DNA from: the human T2T-CHM13v2.0 reference genome, Homo sapiens
Length of the DNA stretch: 64,000 nt
NCBI RefSeq assembly: GCF_009914755.1
Contig: NC_060941.1
Strand: one strand, 5' to 3'
In this document: in pieces, positions 26,501-38,159 of the stretch
Position numbering within the stretch: the stretch's first letter is position 1
Layout: the number at the start of each line of letters is the position of its first letter
The notes under the pieces: model-generated
What the model was told of the DNA's origin: nothing
The model's input: only the letters and a program-made list of their open reading frames with translations
Database searches by the model: none
Made by a program: the position numbers and the translations under genes

Positions 26501-27250
26501 GGATAGAGCAGTTTTGAATCTCTCTTTTTGTGGAATCTGCAAGTGGATATGTGGTCCTCTTTGAAGATGTCTTTGGAGACGGGAATATCTTCACATAAAA
26601 ACTAAACAGAAGCATTCTCAGAAACTTCTCTGTGATGTTTGTGTTCAACTCGCAGAGTTTCACGTTGCTTTTCATAGAGCAGATGAGAAACATGCTTTTC
26701 GTAGGGTCTGCAAGTGGACATTTGGAGAGATTTCAGGCCTGTGGTGGAAAACGAATTATCGTCACGTAAAAACTAGAGAGAAGCATTGTCAGAAACTCGT
26801 TTGTGATGACTGCATTCAACTCACAGAGTTGAAGGTTCCTTTTCAAACAGCAGTTTCCAAACACTCTTTCTGTGGCATCTGCAAGTGGATGTTTGGGCCT
26901 CTTTGAAGATTTCGTTGGAATCGGGATAATCTTCACAGAAAAGCTAAACAGAAGCATTCTCAGAAACTTCTTTGTGATGTTTGCTTTCAACTCACAGAGT
27001 TGAACTTTCCTTTTGAGAGAGAAGCTTTGAAACACTCTTTTTCTAGAATCTGCAAGTGGATATTTGGAGGGCTTTGAGGCCTGTGGTGGAAAAGGAATTA
27101 TCTTCCCGTAAGAACTAGATAGATGCATTCTCAGAAACTACTTTGTGACGATTGCATTCAAGTCACAGAGGTGAACATTCCCTTTCACAGAGCACTTTGG
27201 AAACTCTCGTTGTGTAGAATCTGCAAGTGGAGTTAGGGACCGCTTTGAGG
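17600..27250 (+). repeat. Recent two-HOR (~4,756-4,758 bp) tandem duplication; boundaries approximate
   Basis: Private variants are paired at +4756: CTACGGCAG 17738/22494, ATTCTTTGCCAAAGGCA 18247/23003, TTTTTTTGGAAACGGG 19096/23852, CATCTGAAAG ~19745/24500, TGCATGATC ~20755/25511, GGAGACGGG ~21821/26577. Confidence 0.92.
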
Positions 27251-30200
27251 CCTATGGTAGTAAAGGAAACAGCTTCATATAAAAACTAGACAGCAGCATT
27301 CTCAGAACACACTTTGTGACGACTGAGTTTAACTCACAGGGCTGAACATTCCTTTGGATGGAGCAGTTTGGAAACACACTATCTGTAGGATCTGCAAGCG
27401 GATACTTGGGCCTCTCTGAGGATTTCGTTGGAAACGGGATAAACCGCACAGAACTAAACAGAAGCATTCTCAGAACCTTCTTCGTGATGTTTGCATTCAA
27501 CCCACAGTGTTGAACCTTTCTTTGATAGTTCAGGTTTGAAACACTCTTTTTGTAGAAACTGCAAGTGGATAACTGCACTTCTTTGAGGCCTATCGTAGTA
27601 AAGGAAATAACTTCCTATAAAAACAAGACAGAAGCTTTCTCAGAAAATTCTCTGGGATGACTGAGTTGAACTCACAGAGCAGTACTTTCCTTGGGATGGA
27701 GTAGTTTCGAAACACACTTTCTGTAGAATCTGCAAGTGGATATTTGGACCTGTCTGAGGAATTCGTTGCAAACGAGATAATTTCATCTAAGTAAACAGAA
27801 GCAGTCTTAGAATCTTCTTGTGATGGTTGCATTCAAATCCCAGAATTGAACCTTCCTTTGAAAGTTCAGGTTGGAAACACTCTTTTTGCAGGATCTACAA
27901 GTGGATATTCGGACCACTCTGTGGACTTCGTTCCAAACGGGTATATCTTCACATAACATCTAGACAGAAGCATTCTCAGAAACTTTTCTGTGATGACTGC
28001 ATTCAACTCACAGAGTTGAACACTCCTTTTGAGAGCGCAGTTTTGAAACTCTCTTTCTCTGGAATCTGCAAGGGGACATGCAGACCTCTTTGAAGGTTTC
28101 GTTGGAAACGGAATCATCTTCACATAAAAATTACACAGAAGCATCCTCAGGAACTCCTTGGTGATGTTTGTATTCAACTTCCAGAGTTGAACTTTCCTTC
28201 GGAAAGAGCAGCTATGAAACACTCTTTTTCTAGAATCTGCAAGTGGACATTGGGAGGGCTGTGAGGTTTGTGGTGGAAAAGGAAATATCTCCACATAAAT
28301 ACTAGATAGAAGCCTTCTCAGAAACTACTTTGTGATGACTGCATTCACCTCACGGAGTTGAGCATTCCTATTGACAGAGCAGTTTGGAAACACTCTTCTT
28401 GTAGAATCGGCTAGTGGAGATTTGGAGCGCTTTGAGGCCTATGGTAGTAAAGGGAAGAGCTTCACATAAAATCTAGACAGAAGCATTCTCAGAAAATACT
28501 TTGTGATGATTGAGTTTAACACACAGAGCTGAACATTCCTTTGGATGGAGAAGGTTTGAAACACAATTTCTGTAGAATCTGCGAGTGGATATTTGGACCT
28601 CTCTGAGGATTTCGTTGGAAACGGGATAACTGCACCTAACTAAACGGAAGCATTCTCACAAAATTCTTTGCGATGTTTGCATTCAAATCCCAGAGTTGAA
28701 CCTTCCTTTGAGAGTTCAGCTTTGAAACACTCTTTTTGTAGGATCTGCAGGTGGATATTTGGACCACTCTTTGGCCTTCGTTCGAAACGGGTACATCTTC
28801 AAATAAAATCTAGACAGAAGCCTTCTCAGAAACTTCTCTGTGACGATTGCATTCAACTCAAAGCGTTGAACCCTCCTATGGATAGGGCAGTTTTGAATCT
28901 CTCTTTTTGTGGAATCTGCAAGTGGATATGTGGTCCTCTTTGAAGATGTCTTTGGAAACGGGAATATCTTCACATAAAAACTAAACAGAAGCATTCTCAG
29001 AAACTTCTCTGTGATGTTTGTGTTCAACTCACAGAGTTTCACGTTGCTTTTCATAGAGCAGATGAGAAACATGCTTTTCGTAGGGTCTGCAAGTGGACAT
29101 TTGGAGAGCTTTCAGGCCTGTGGTGGAAAACGAATTATCATCACGTAAAAACTAGAGAGAAGCATTGTCAGAAACTTGTTTGTGATGACTGCATTCAACT
29201 CACAGAGTTGAAGGTTCCTTTTCAAACACCAATTTCCAAACACTCTTTCTGTGGCATCTGCAAGTGGATGTTTGGGCCTCTTTGAAGATTTCGTTGGAAA
29301 CGGGATAATCTTCACAGAAAAGCTAAACAGAAGCATGCTCAGAAACTTCTTTGTGATGTTTGCTTTCAACTCACAGAGTTGAACTTTCCTTTTGAGAGAG
29401 AAGCTTTGAAACACTCTTTTTCTAGAATCTGCAAGTGAATATTTGGAGGGCTTTGAGGCCTGAGGTGGAAAAGGAATTATCTTCCCGTAAGAACTAGATA
29501 GATGCATTCTCAGAAACTACTTTGTGACGATTGCATTCAAGTCCCAGAGGTGAACATTCCCTTTCAGAGAGCACTTTGGAAACTCTCGTTGTGTAGAATC
29601 TGCAAGTCGAGATATGGACCGCTTTGAGGCCTATGGTAGTAAAGGAAACAGCTTCATATAAAAACTAGACAGCAGCATTCTCAGAAAACTCTTTGTGACG
29701 ACTGAGTTTAACTCACAGGGCTGAACATTCCTTTGGATGGAGCAGTTTGGAAACACACTATCTGTAGGATCTGCAAGCGGATACTTGGGCCTCCCTGAGG
29801 ATTTCGTTGGAAACGGGATAAACCGCACAGAACTAAACAGAAGCATTCTCAGAACCTTCTTCGTGATGTTTGCATTCAACCCACAGTGTTGAACCTTTCT
29901 TTGATAGTTCAGGTTTGAAACACTCTTTTTGTAGAAACTGCAAGTGGATAACTGCACTTCTTTGAGGCCTATCGTAGTAAAGGAAATAACTTCCTATAAA
30001 AACAAGACAGAAGCTTTCTCAGAAAATTCTCTGGGATGATTGAGTTGAACTCACAGAGCAGTACTTTCCTTGGGATGGAGTAGTTTCGAAACACACTTTC
30101 TGTAGAATCTGCAAGTGGATATTTGGACCTGTCTGAGGAATTCGTTGCAAACGGGATAATTTCAGCTAAGTAAACAGAAGCAGTCTCAGAATCTTCTTGT

Positions 30201-31699
30201 GATGGTTGCATTCAAATCCCAGAATGGAACCTTCCTTTGAAAGTTCAGGTTGGAAACACTCTTTTTGCAGGATCTACAAGTGGATATTCGGACCACTCTG
30301 TGGACTTCGCTTGAAACGGGTATATCTTCACATAACATCTAGACAGAAGCATTTTCAGAAACTTTTCTGTGATGACTGCATTCAACTCACAGAGTTGAAC
30401 ACTCCTTTTGAGAGCGCAGTTTTGAAACTCTCTTTCTCTGGAATCTGCAAGGGGACATGCAGACCTCTCTGAAGGTTTCGTTGGAAACGGAATCATCTTC
30501 ACATAAAAATTACACAGAAGCATCCTCAGGAACTCCTTGGTGATGTTTGTATTCAACTTCCAGAGTTGAACTTTCCTTCGGAAAGAGCAGCTATGAAACA
30601 CTCTTTTTCTAGAATCTGCAAGTGGACATTGGGAGGGCTGTGAGGTTTGTGGTGGAAAAGGAAATATCTCCACATAAATACTAGATAGAAGCCTTCTCAG
30701 AAACTACTTTGTGATGACTGCATTCACCTCACGGAGTGGAGCATTCCTATTGACAGAGCAGTTTGGAAACACTCTTCTTGTAGAATCGGCTAGTGGAGAT
30801 TTGGAGCGCTTTGAGGCCTATGGTAGTAAAGGGAAGAGCTTCACATAAAATCTAGACAGAAGCATTCTCAGAAAATACTTTGTGATGATTGAGTTTAACA
30901 CACAGAGCTGAACATTCCTTTGGATGGAGAAGGTTTGAAACACACTTTCTGTAGAATCTGTGAGTGGATATTTGGACCTCTCTGAGGATTTCGTTGGAAA
31001 CGGGATAACTGCACCTAACTAAACGGAAGCATTCTCACAAAATTCTTTGTGATGTTTGCATTCAAATCCCAGAGTTGAACCTTCCTTTGATAGTTCAGCT
31101 TTGAAACACTCTTTTTGTAGGTTCTGCAGGTGGATATTTGGACCACTCTTTGGCCTTCGTTCGAAACGGGTACATCTTCAAATAAAATCTAGACAGAAGC
31201 CTTCTCAGAAACTTCTCTGTGACGATTGCATTCAACACAAAGCGTTGAACCCTCCTATGGATAGAGCAGTTTTGAATCTCTCTTTTTGTGGAATCTGCAA
31301 GTGGATATGTGGTCCTCTTTGAAGATGTCTTTGGAAACGGGAATATCTTCACATAAAAACTAAACAGAAGCATTCTCAGAAACTTCTCTGTGATGTTTGT
31401 GTTCAACTCACAGAGTTTCACGTTGCTTTTCATAGAGCAGATGAGAAACATGCTTTTCGTAGGGTCTGCAAGTGGACATTTGGAGAGCTTTCAGGCCTGT
31501 GGTCGAAAACGAATTATCGTCACGTAAAAACTAGAGAGAAGCATTGTCAGAAACTTGTTTGTGATGACTGCATTCAACTCACAGAGTTGAAGGTTCCTTT
31601 TCAAACAGCAGTTTCCAAACACTCTTTCTGTGGCATCTGCAAGTGGATGTTTGGGCCTCTTTGAAGATTTCGTTGGAAACGGGATAATCTTCACAGAAA

Positions 31700-34600
31700 A
31701 GCTAAACAGAAGCATGCTCAGAAACTTCTTTGTGATGTTTGCTTTCAACTCACAGAGTTGCACTTTCCTTTTGAGAGAGAAGCTTTGAAACACTCTTTTT
31801 CTAGAATCTGCAAGTGGATATTTGGAGGGCTTTGAGGCCTGAGGTGGAACAGGAATTATCTTCCCGTAAGAACTAGATAGATGCATTCTCAGAAACTACT
31901 TTGTGACGATTGCATTCAAGTCACAGAGGTGAACATTCCCTTTCAGAGAGCACTTTGGAAACTCTCGTTGTGTAGAATCTGCAAGTGGAGATATGGACCG
32001 CTTTGAGGCCTATGGTAGTAAAGGAAACAGCTTCATATAAAAACTAGACAGCAGCATTCTCAGAAAACTCTTTGTGACGACTGAGTTTAACTCACAGGGC
32101 TGAACATTCCTTTGGATGGAGCAGTTTGGAAACACACTATCTGTAGGATCTGCAAGCGGATACTTGGGCCTCCCTGAGGATTTCGTTGGAAACGGGATAA
32201 ACCGCACAGAACTAAACAGAAGCATTCTCAGAACCTTCTTCGTGATGTTTGCATTCAACCCACAGTGTTGAACCTTTCTTTGATAGTTCAGGTTTGAAAC
32301 ACTCTTTTTGTAGAAACTGCAAGTGGATAACTGCACTTCTTTGAGGCCTATCGTAGTAAAGGAAATAACTTCCTATAAAAACAAGACAGAAGCTTTCTCA
32401 GAAAATTCTCTGGGATGATTGAGTTGAACACACAGAGCAGTACTTTCCTTGGAATGGAGTAGTTTCGAAACACACTTTCTGTAGAATCTGCAAGTGGATA
32501 TTTGGACCTGTCTGAGGAATTCGTTGCAAACGGGATAATTTCAGCTAAGTAAACAGAAGCAGTCTCAGAATCTTCTTGTGATGTTTGCATTCAAATCCCA
32601 GAATTGAACCTTCCTTTGAAAGTTCAGGTTGGAAACACTCTTTTTGCAGGATCTACAAGTGGATATTCGGACCACTCTGTGGACTTCGTTCGAAACGGGT
32701 AAATCTTCACATAACATCTAGACAGAAGCATTCTCAGAAACTTTTCTGTGATGACTGCATTCAACTCACAGAGTTGAACTCTCCTTTTGAGAGCGCAGTT
32801 TTGAAATTCTCTTTCTCTGGAATCTGCAAGGGGACATGCAGACCTCTTTGAAGGTTTCGTTGGAAACGGAATCATCTTCACATAAAAATTACACAGAAGC
32901 ATCCTCAGGAACTCCTTGGTGATGTTTGTATTCAACTTCCAGAGTTGAACTTTCCTTCGGAAAGAGCAGCTATGAAACACTCTTTTTCTAGAATCTGCAA
33001 GTGGACATTGGTAGGGCTGTGAGGTTTGTGGTGGAAAAGGAAATATCTCCACATAAATACTAGATAGAAGCCTTCTCAGAAACTACTTTGTGATGATTGC
33101 ATTCACCTCACGGAGTGGAGCATTCCTATTGACAGAGCAGTTTGGAAACACTCTTCTTGTAGAATCGGCTAGTGGAGATTTGGAGCGCTTTGAGGCCTAT
33201 GGTAGTAAAGGGAAGAGCTTCACATAAAATCTAGACAGAAGCATTCTCAGAAAATACTTTGTGATGATTGAGTTTAACACACAGAGCTGAACATTCCTTT
33301 GGATGGAGAAGGTTTGAAACACACTTTCTGTAGAATCTGCGAGTGGATATTTGGACCTCTCTGAGGATTTCGTTGGAAACGGGATAACTGCACCTAACTA
33401 AACGGAAGCATTCTCACAAAATTCTCTTTGATGTTTGCATTCAAATCCCAGAGTTGAACCTTCCTTTGATAGTTCAGCTTTGAAACACTCTTTTTGTAGG
33501 TTCTGCAGGTGGATATTTGGACCACTCTTTGGCCTTCGTTCGAAACGGGTACATCTTCAAATAAAATCTAGACAGAAGCCTTCTCAGAAACTTCTCTGTG
33601 ACGATTGCATTCAACTGAAAGCGTTGAACCCTCCTATGGATAGAGCAGTTTTGAATCTCTCTTTTTGTGGAATCTGCAAGTGGATATGTGGTCCTCTTTG
33701 AAGATGTCTTTGGAAACGGGAATATCTTCACATAAAAACTAAACAGAAGCATTCTCATAAACTTCTCTGTGATGTTTGTGTTCAACTCAGAGAGTTTCAC
33801 GTTGCTTTTCATAGAGCAGATGAGAAACATGCTTTTCGTAGGGTCTGCAAGTGGACATTTGGAGAGCTTTCTGGCCTGTGTTGGAAAACGAATTATCGTC
33901 ACGTAAAAACTAGAGAGAAGCATTGTCAGAAACTTGTTTGTGATGACTGCATTCAACTCACAGAGTTGAAGGTTCCTTTTCAAACAGCAGTTTCCAAACA
34001 CTCTTTCTGTGGCATCTGCAAGTGGATGTTTGGGCCTCTTTGAAGATTTCGTTGGAAACGGGATAATCTTCACAGAAAAGCTAAACAGAAGCATGCTCAG
34101 AAACTTCTTTGTGATGTTTGCTTTCAACTCACAGAGTTGCACTTTCCTTTTGAGAGAGAAGCTTTGAAACACTCTTTTTCTAGAATCTGCAAGTGGATAT
34201 TTGGAGGGCTTTGAGGCCTGAGGTGGAACAGGAATTATCTTCCCGTAAGAACTAGATAGATGCATTCTCAGAAACTACTTTGTGACGATTGCATTCAAGT
34301 CACAGAGGTGAACATTCCCTTTCAGAGAGCACTTTGGAAACTCTCGTTGTGTAGAATCTGCAAGTGGAGATATGGACCGCTTTGAGGCCTATGGTAGTAA
34401 AGGAAACAGCTTCATATAAAAACTAGACAGCAGCATTCTCAGAAAACTCTTTGTGACGACTGAGTTTAACTCACAGGGCTGAACATTCCTTTGGATGGAG
34501 CAGTTTGGAAACACACTATCTGTAGGATCTGCAAGCGGATACTTGGGCCTCCCTGAGGATTTCGTTGGAAACGGGATAAACCGCACAGAACTAAACAGAA

Positions 34601-36350
34601 GCATTCTCAGAACCTTCTTCGTGATGTTTGCATTCAACCCACAGTGTTGAACCTTTCTTTGATAGTTCAGGTTTGAAACACTCTTTTTGTAGAAACTGCA
34701 AGTGGATAACTGCACTTCTTTGAGGCCTATCGTAGTAAAGGAAATAACTTCCTATAAAAACAAGACAGAAGCTTTCTCAGAAAATTCTCTGGGATGATTG
34801 AGTTGAACACACAGAGCAGTACTTTCCTTGGAATGGAGTAGTTTCGAAACACACTTTCTGTAGAATCTGCAAGTGGATATTTGGACCTGTCTGAGGAATT
34901 CGTTGCAAACGGGATAATTTCAGCTAAGTAAACAGAAGCAGTCTCAGAATCTTCTTGTGATGTTTGCATTCAAATCCCAGAATTGAACCTTCCTTTGAAA
35001 GTTCAGGTTGGAAACACTCTTTTTGCAGGATCTACAAGTGGATATTCGGACCACTCTGTGGACTTCGTTCGAAACGGGTAAATCTTCACATAACATCTAG
35101 ACAGAAGCATTCTCAGAAACTTTTCTGTGATGACTGCATTCAACTCACAGAGTTGAACTCTCCTTTTGAGAGCGCAGTTTTGAAATTCTCTTTCTCTGGA
35201 ATCTGCAAGGGGACATGCAGACCTCTTTGAAGGTTTCGTTGGAAACGGAATCATCTTCACATAAAAATTACACAGAAGCATCCTCAGGAACTCCTTGGTG
35301 ATGTTTGTATTCAACTTCCAGAGTTGAACTTTCCTTCGGAAAGAGCAGCTATGAAACACTCTTTTTCTAGAATCTGCAAGTGGACATTGGTAGGGCTGTG
35401 AGGTTTGTGGTGGAAAAGGAAATATCTCCACATAAATACTAGATAGAAGCCTTCTCAGAAACTACTTTGTGATGATTGCATTCACCTCACGGAGTGGAGC
35501 ATTCCTATTGACAGAGCAGTTTGGAAACACTCTTCTTGTAGAATCGGCTAGTGGAGATTTGGAGCGCTTTGAGGCCTATGGTAGTAAAGGGAAGAGCTTC
35601 ACATAAAATCTAGACAGAAGCATTCTCAGAAAATACTTTGTGATGATTGAGTTTAACACACAGAGCTGAACATTCCTTTGGATGGAGAAGGTTTGAAACA
35701 CACTTTCTGTAGAATCTGCGAGTGGATATTTGGACCTCTCTGAGGATTTCGTTGGAAACGGGATAACTGCACCTAACTAAACGGAAGCATTCTCACAAAA
35801 TTCTCTTTGATGTTTGCATTCAAATCCCAGAGTTGAACCTTCCTTTGATAGTTCAGCTTTGAAACACTCTTTTTGTAGGTTCTGCAGGTGGATATTTGGA
35901 CCACTCTTTGGCCTTCGTTCGAAACGGGTACATCTTCAAATAAAATCTAGACAGAAGCCTTCTCAGAAACTTCTCTGTGACGATTGCATTCAACTGAAAG
36001 CGTTGAACCCTCCTATGGATAGAGCAGTTTTGAATCTCTCTTTTTGTGGAATCTGCAAGTGGATATGTGGTCCTCTTTGAAGATGTCTTTGGAAACGGGA
36101 ATATCTTCACATAAAAACTAAACAGAAGCATTCTCATAAACTTCTCTGTGATGTTTGTGTTCAACTCAGAGAGTTTCACGTTGCTTTTCATAGAGCAGAT
36201 GAGAAACATGCTTTTCGTAGGGTCTGCAAGTGGACATTTGGAGAGCTTTCTGGCCTGTGTTGGAAAACGAATTATCGTCACGTAAAAACTAGAGAGAAGC
36301 ATTGTCAGAAACTTGTTTGTGATGACTGCATTCAACTCACAGAGTTGAAG
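31700..36350 (+). repeat. Recent single-HOR tandem duplication; boundaries approximate
   Basis: Paired at +2379: GTTGCACTTT ~31761/34140, GGGTAAATC ~32701/35080, GAAATTCTC ~32807/35186, TTGGTAGGG ~33012/35391, ATTCTCTTTGATG ~33425/35804, CTGGCCTGTGTTGG ~33872/36251. Confidence 0.88.
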
Positions 36351-38159
36351 GTTCCTTTTCAAACAGCAGTTTCCAAACACTCTTTTTGTGGCATCTGCAA
36401 GTGGATGTTTGGGCCTCTTTGAAGATTTCGTTGGAAACGGGATAATCTTCACAGAAAAGTTAAACAGAAGCATGCTCAGAAACTTCTTTGTGATGTTTGC
36501 TTTCAACTCACAGAGTTGAACTTTCCTTTTGAGAGAGAAGCTTTGAAACACTCTTTTTCGAGAATCTGCAAGTGGATATTTGGAGGGCTTTGAGGCCTGA
36601 GGTGGAACAGGAATTATCTTCCCGTAAGAACTAGATAGATGCATTCTCAGAAACTACTTTGTGACGATTGCATTCAAGTCACAGAGGTGAACATTCCCTT
36701 TCAGAGAGCACTTTGGAAACTCTCGTTGTGTAGAACCTGCAAGTGGAGATATGGACCGCTTTGAGGCCTATGGTAGTAAAGGAAACAGCTTCATTTAAAA
36801 ACTAGACAGCAGCATTCTCAGAAAACTCTTTGTGACGACTGAGTTTAACTCACAGGGCTGAACATTCCTTTGGATGGAGCAGTTTGGAAACACACTATCT
36901 GTAGGATCTGCAAGCAGATACTTGGGCCTCCCTGAGGATTTCGTTGGAAACGGGATAAACCGCACAGAACTAAACAGAAGCATTCTCAGAACCTTCTTCG
37001 TGATGTTTGCATTCAACCCACAGTGTTGAACCTTTCTTTGATAGTTCACGTTTGAAACACTCTTTTTGTAGAAACTGCAAGTGGATAACTGCACTTCTTT
37101 GAGGCCTATCGTAGTAAAGGAAATAACTTCCTATAAAAACAAGACAGAAGCTTTCTCAGAAAATTTTCTGGGATGATTGAGTTGAACTCACAGAGCAGTA
37201 CTTTCCTTGGGATGGAGTAGTTTCGAAACACACTTTCTGTAGAATCTGCAAGTGGATATTTGGACCTGTCTGAGGAATTCGTTGCAAACGGGATAATTTC
37301 AGCTAAGTAAACAGAAGCAGTCTCAGAATCTTCTTGTGATGTTTGCATTCAAATCCCAGAATTGAACCTTCCTTTGAAAGTTCAGGTTGGAAACACTCTT
37401 TTTGCAGGATCTACAAGTGGATATTCGGACCACTCTGTGGACTTCGTTCGAAACGGGTATATCTTCACATAACATCTAGACAGAAGCATTCTCAGAAACT
37501 TTTCTGTGATGACTGCATTCAACTCACAGAGTTGAACACTCCTTTTGAGAGCGCAGTTTTGAAACTCTCTTTCTCTGGAATCTGCAAGGGGACATGCAGA
37601 CCTCTTTGAAGGTTTCGTTGGAAACGGAATCATCTTCACATAAAAATTACACAGAAGCATCCTCAGGAACTCCTTGGTGATGTTTGTATTCAACTTCCAG
37701 AGTTGAACTTTCCTTCAGAAAGAGCAGCTATGAAACACTCTTTTTCTAGAATCTGCAAGTGGACATTGGGAGGGCTGTGAGGTTTGTGGTGGAAAAGGAA
37801 ATATCTCCACATAAATACTAGATAGAAGCCTTCTCAGAAACTACTTTGTGATGATTGCATTCACCTCACGGAGTGGAGCATTCCTATTGACAGAGCAGTT
37901 TGGAAACACTCTTGTTGTAGAATCGGCTAGTGGAGATTTGGAGCGCTTTGAGGCCTATGGTAGTAAAGGGAAGAGCTTCACATAAAATCTAGACAGAAGC
38001 ATTCTCAGAAAATACTTTGTGATGATTGAGTTTAACACACAGAGCTGAACATTCCTTTGGATGGAGAAGGTTTGAAACACACTTTCTGTAGAATCTGCGA
38101 GTGGATATTTGGACCTCTCTGAGGATTTCGTTGGAAACGGGATAACTGCACCTAACTAA

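Noticed and set aside
26910-26926. Apparently mutated CENP-B boxes at 26910, 27926, 30305, 54941, 57320 and 63607
   Set aside because: The changes fall at non-essential positions of nTTCGnnnnAnnCGGGn, so these boxes were counted as intact.
4932-36644. Longer ORFs (263 aa at 4932, 33474, 35853; 202 aa at 7272; 181 aa at 12143)
   Set aside because: Each arises from a chance SNV or indel that removes a stop codon or shifts the frame, joining adjacent satellite frames.
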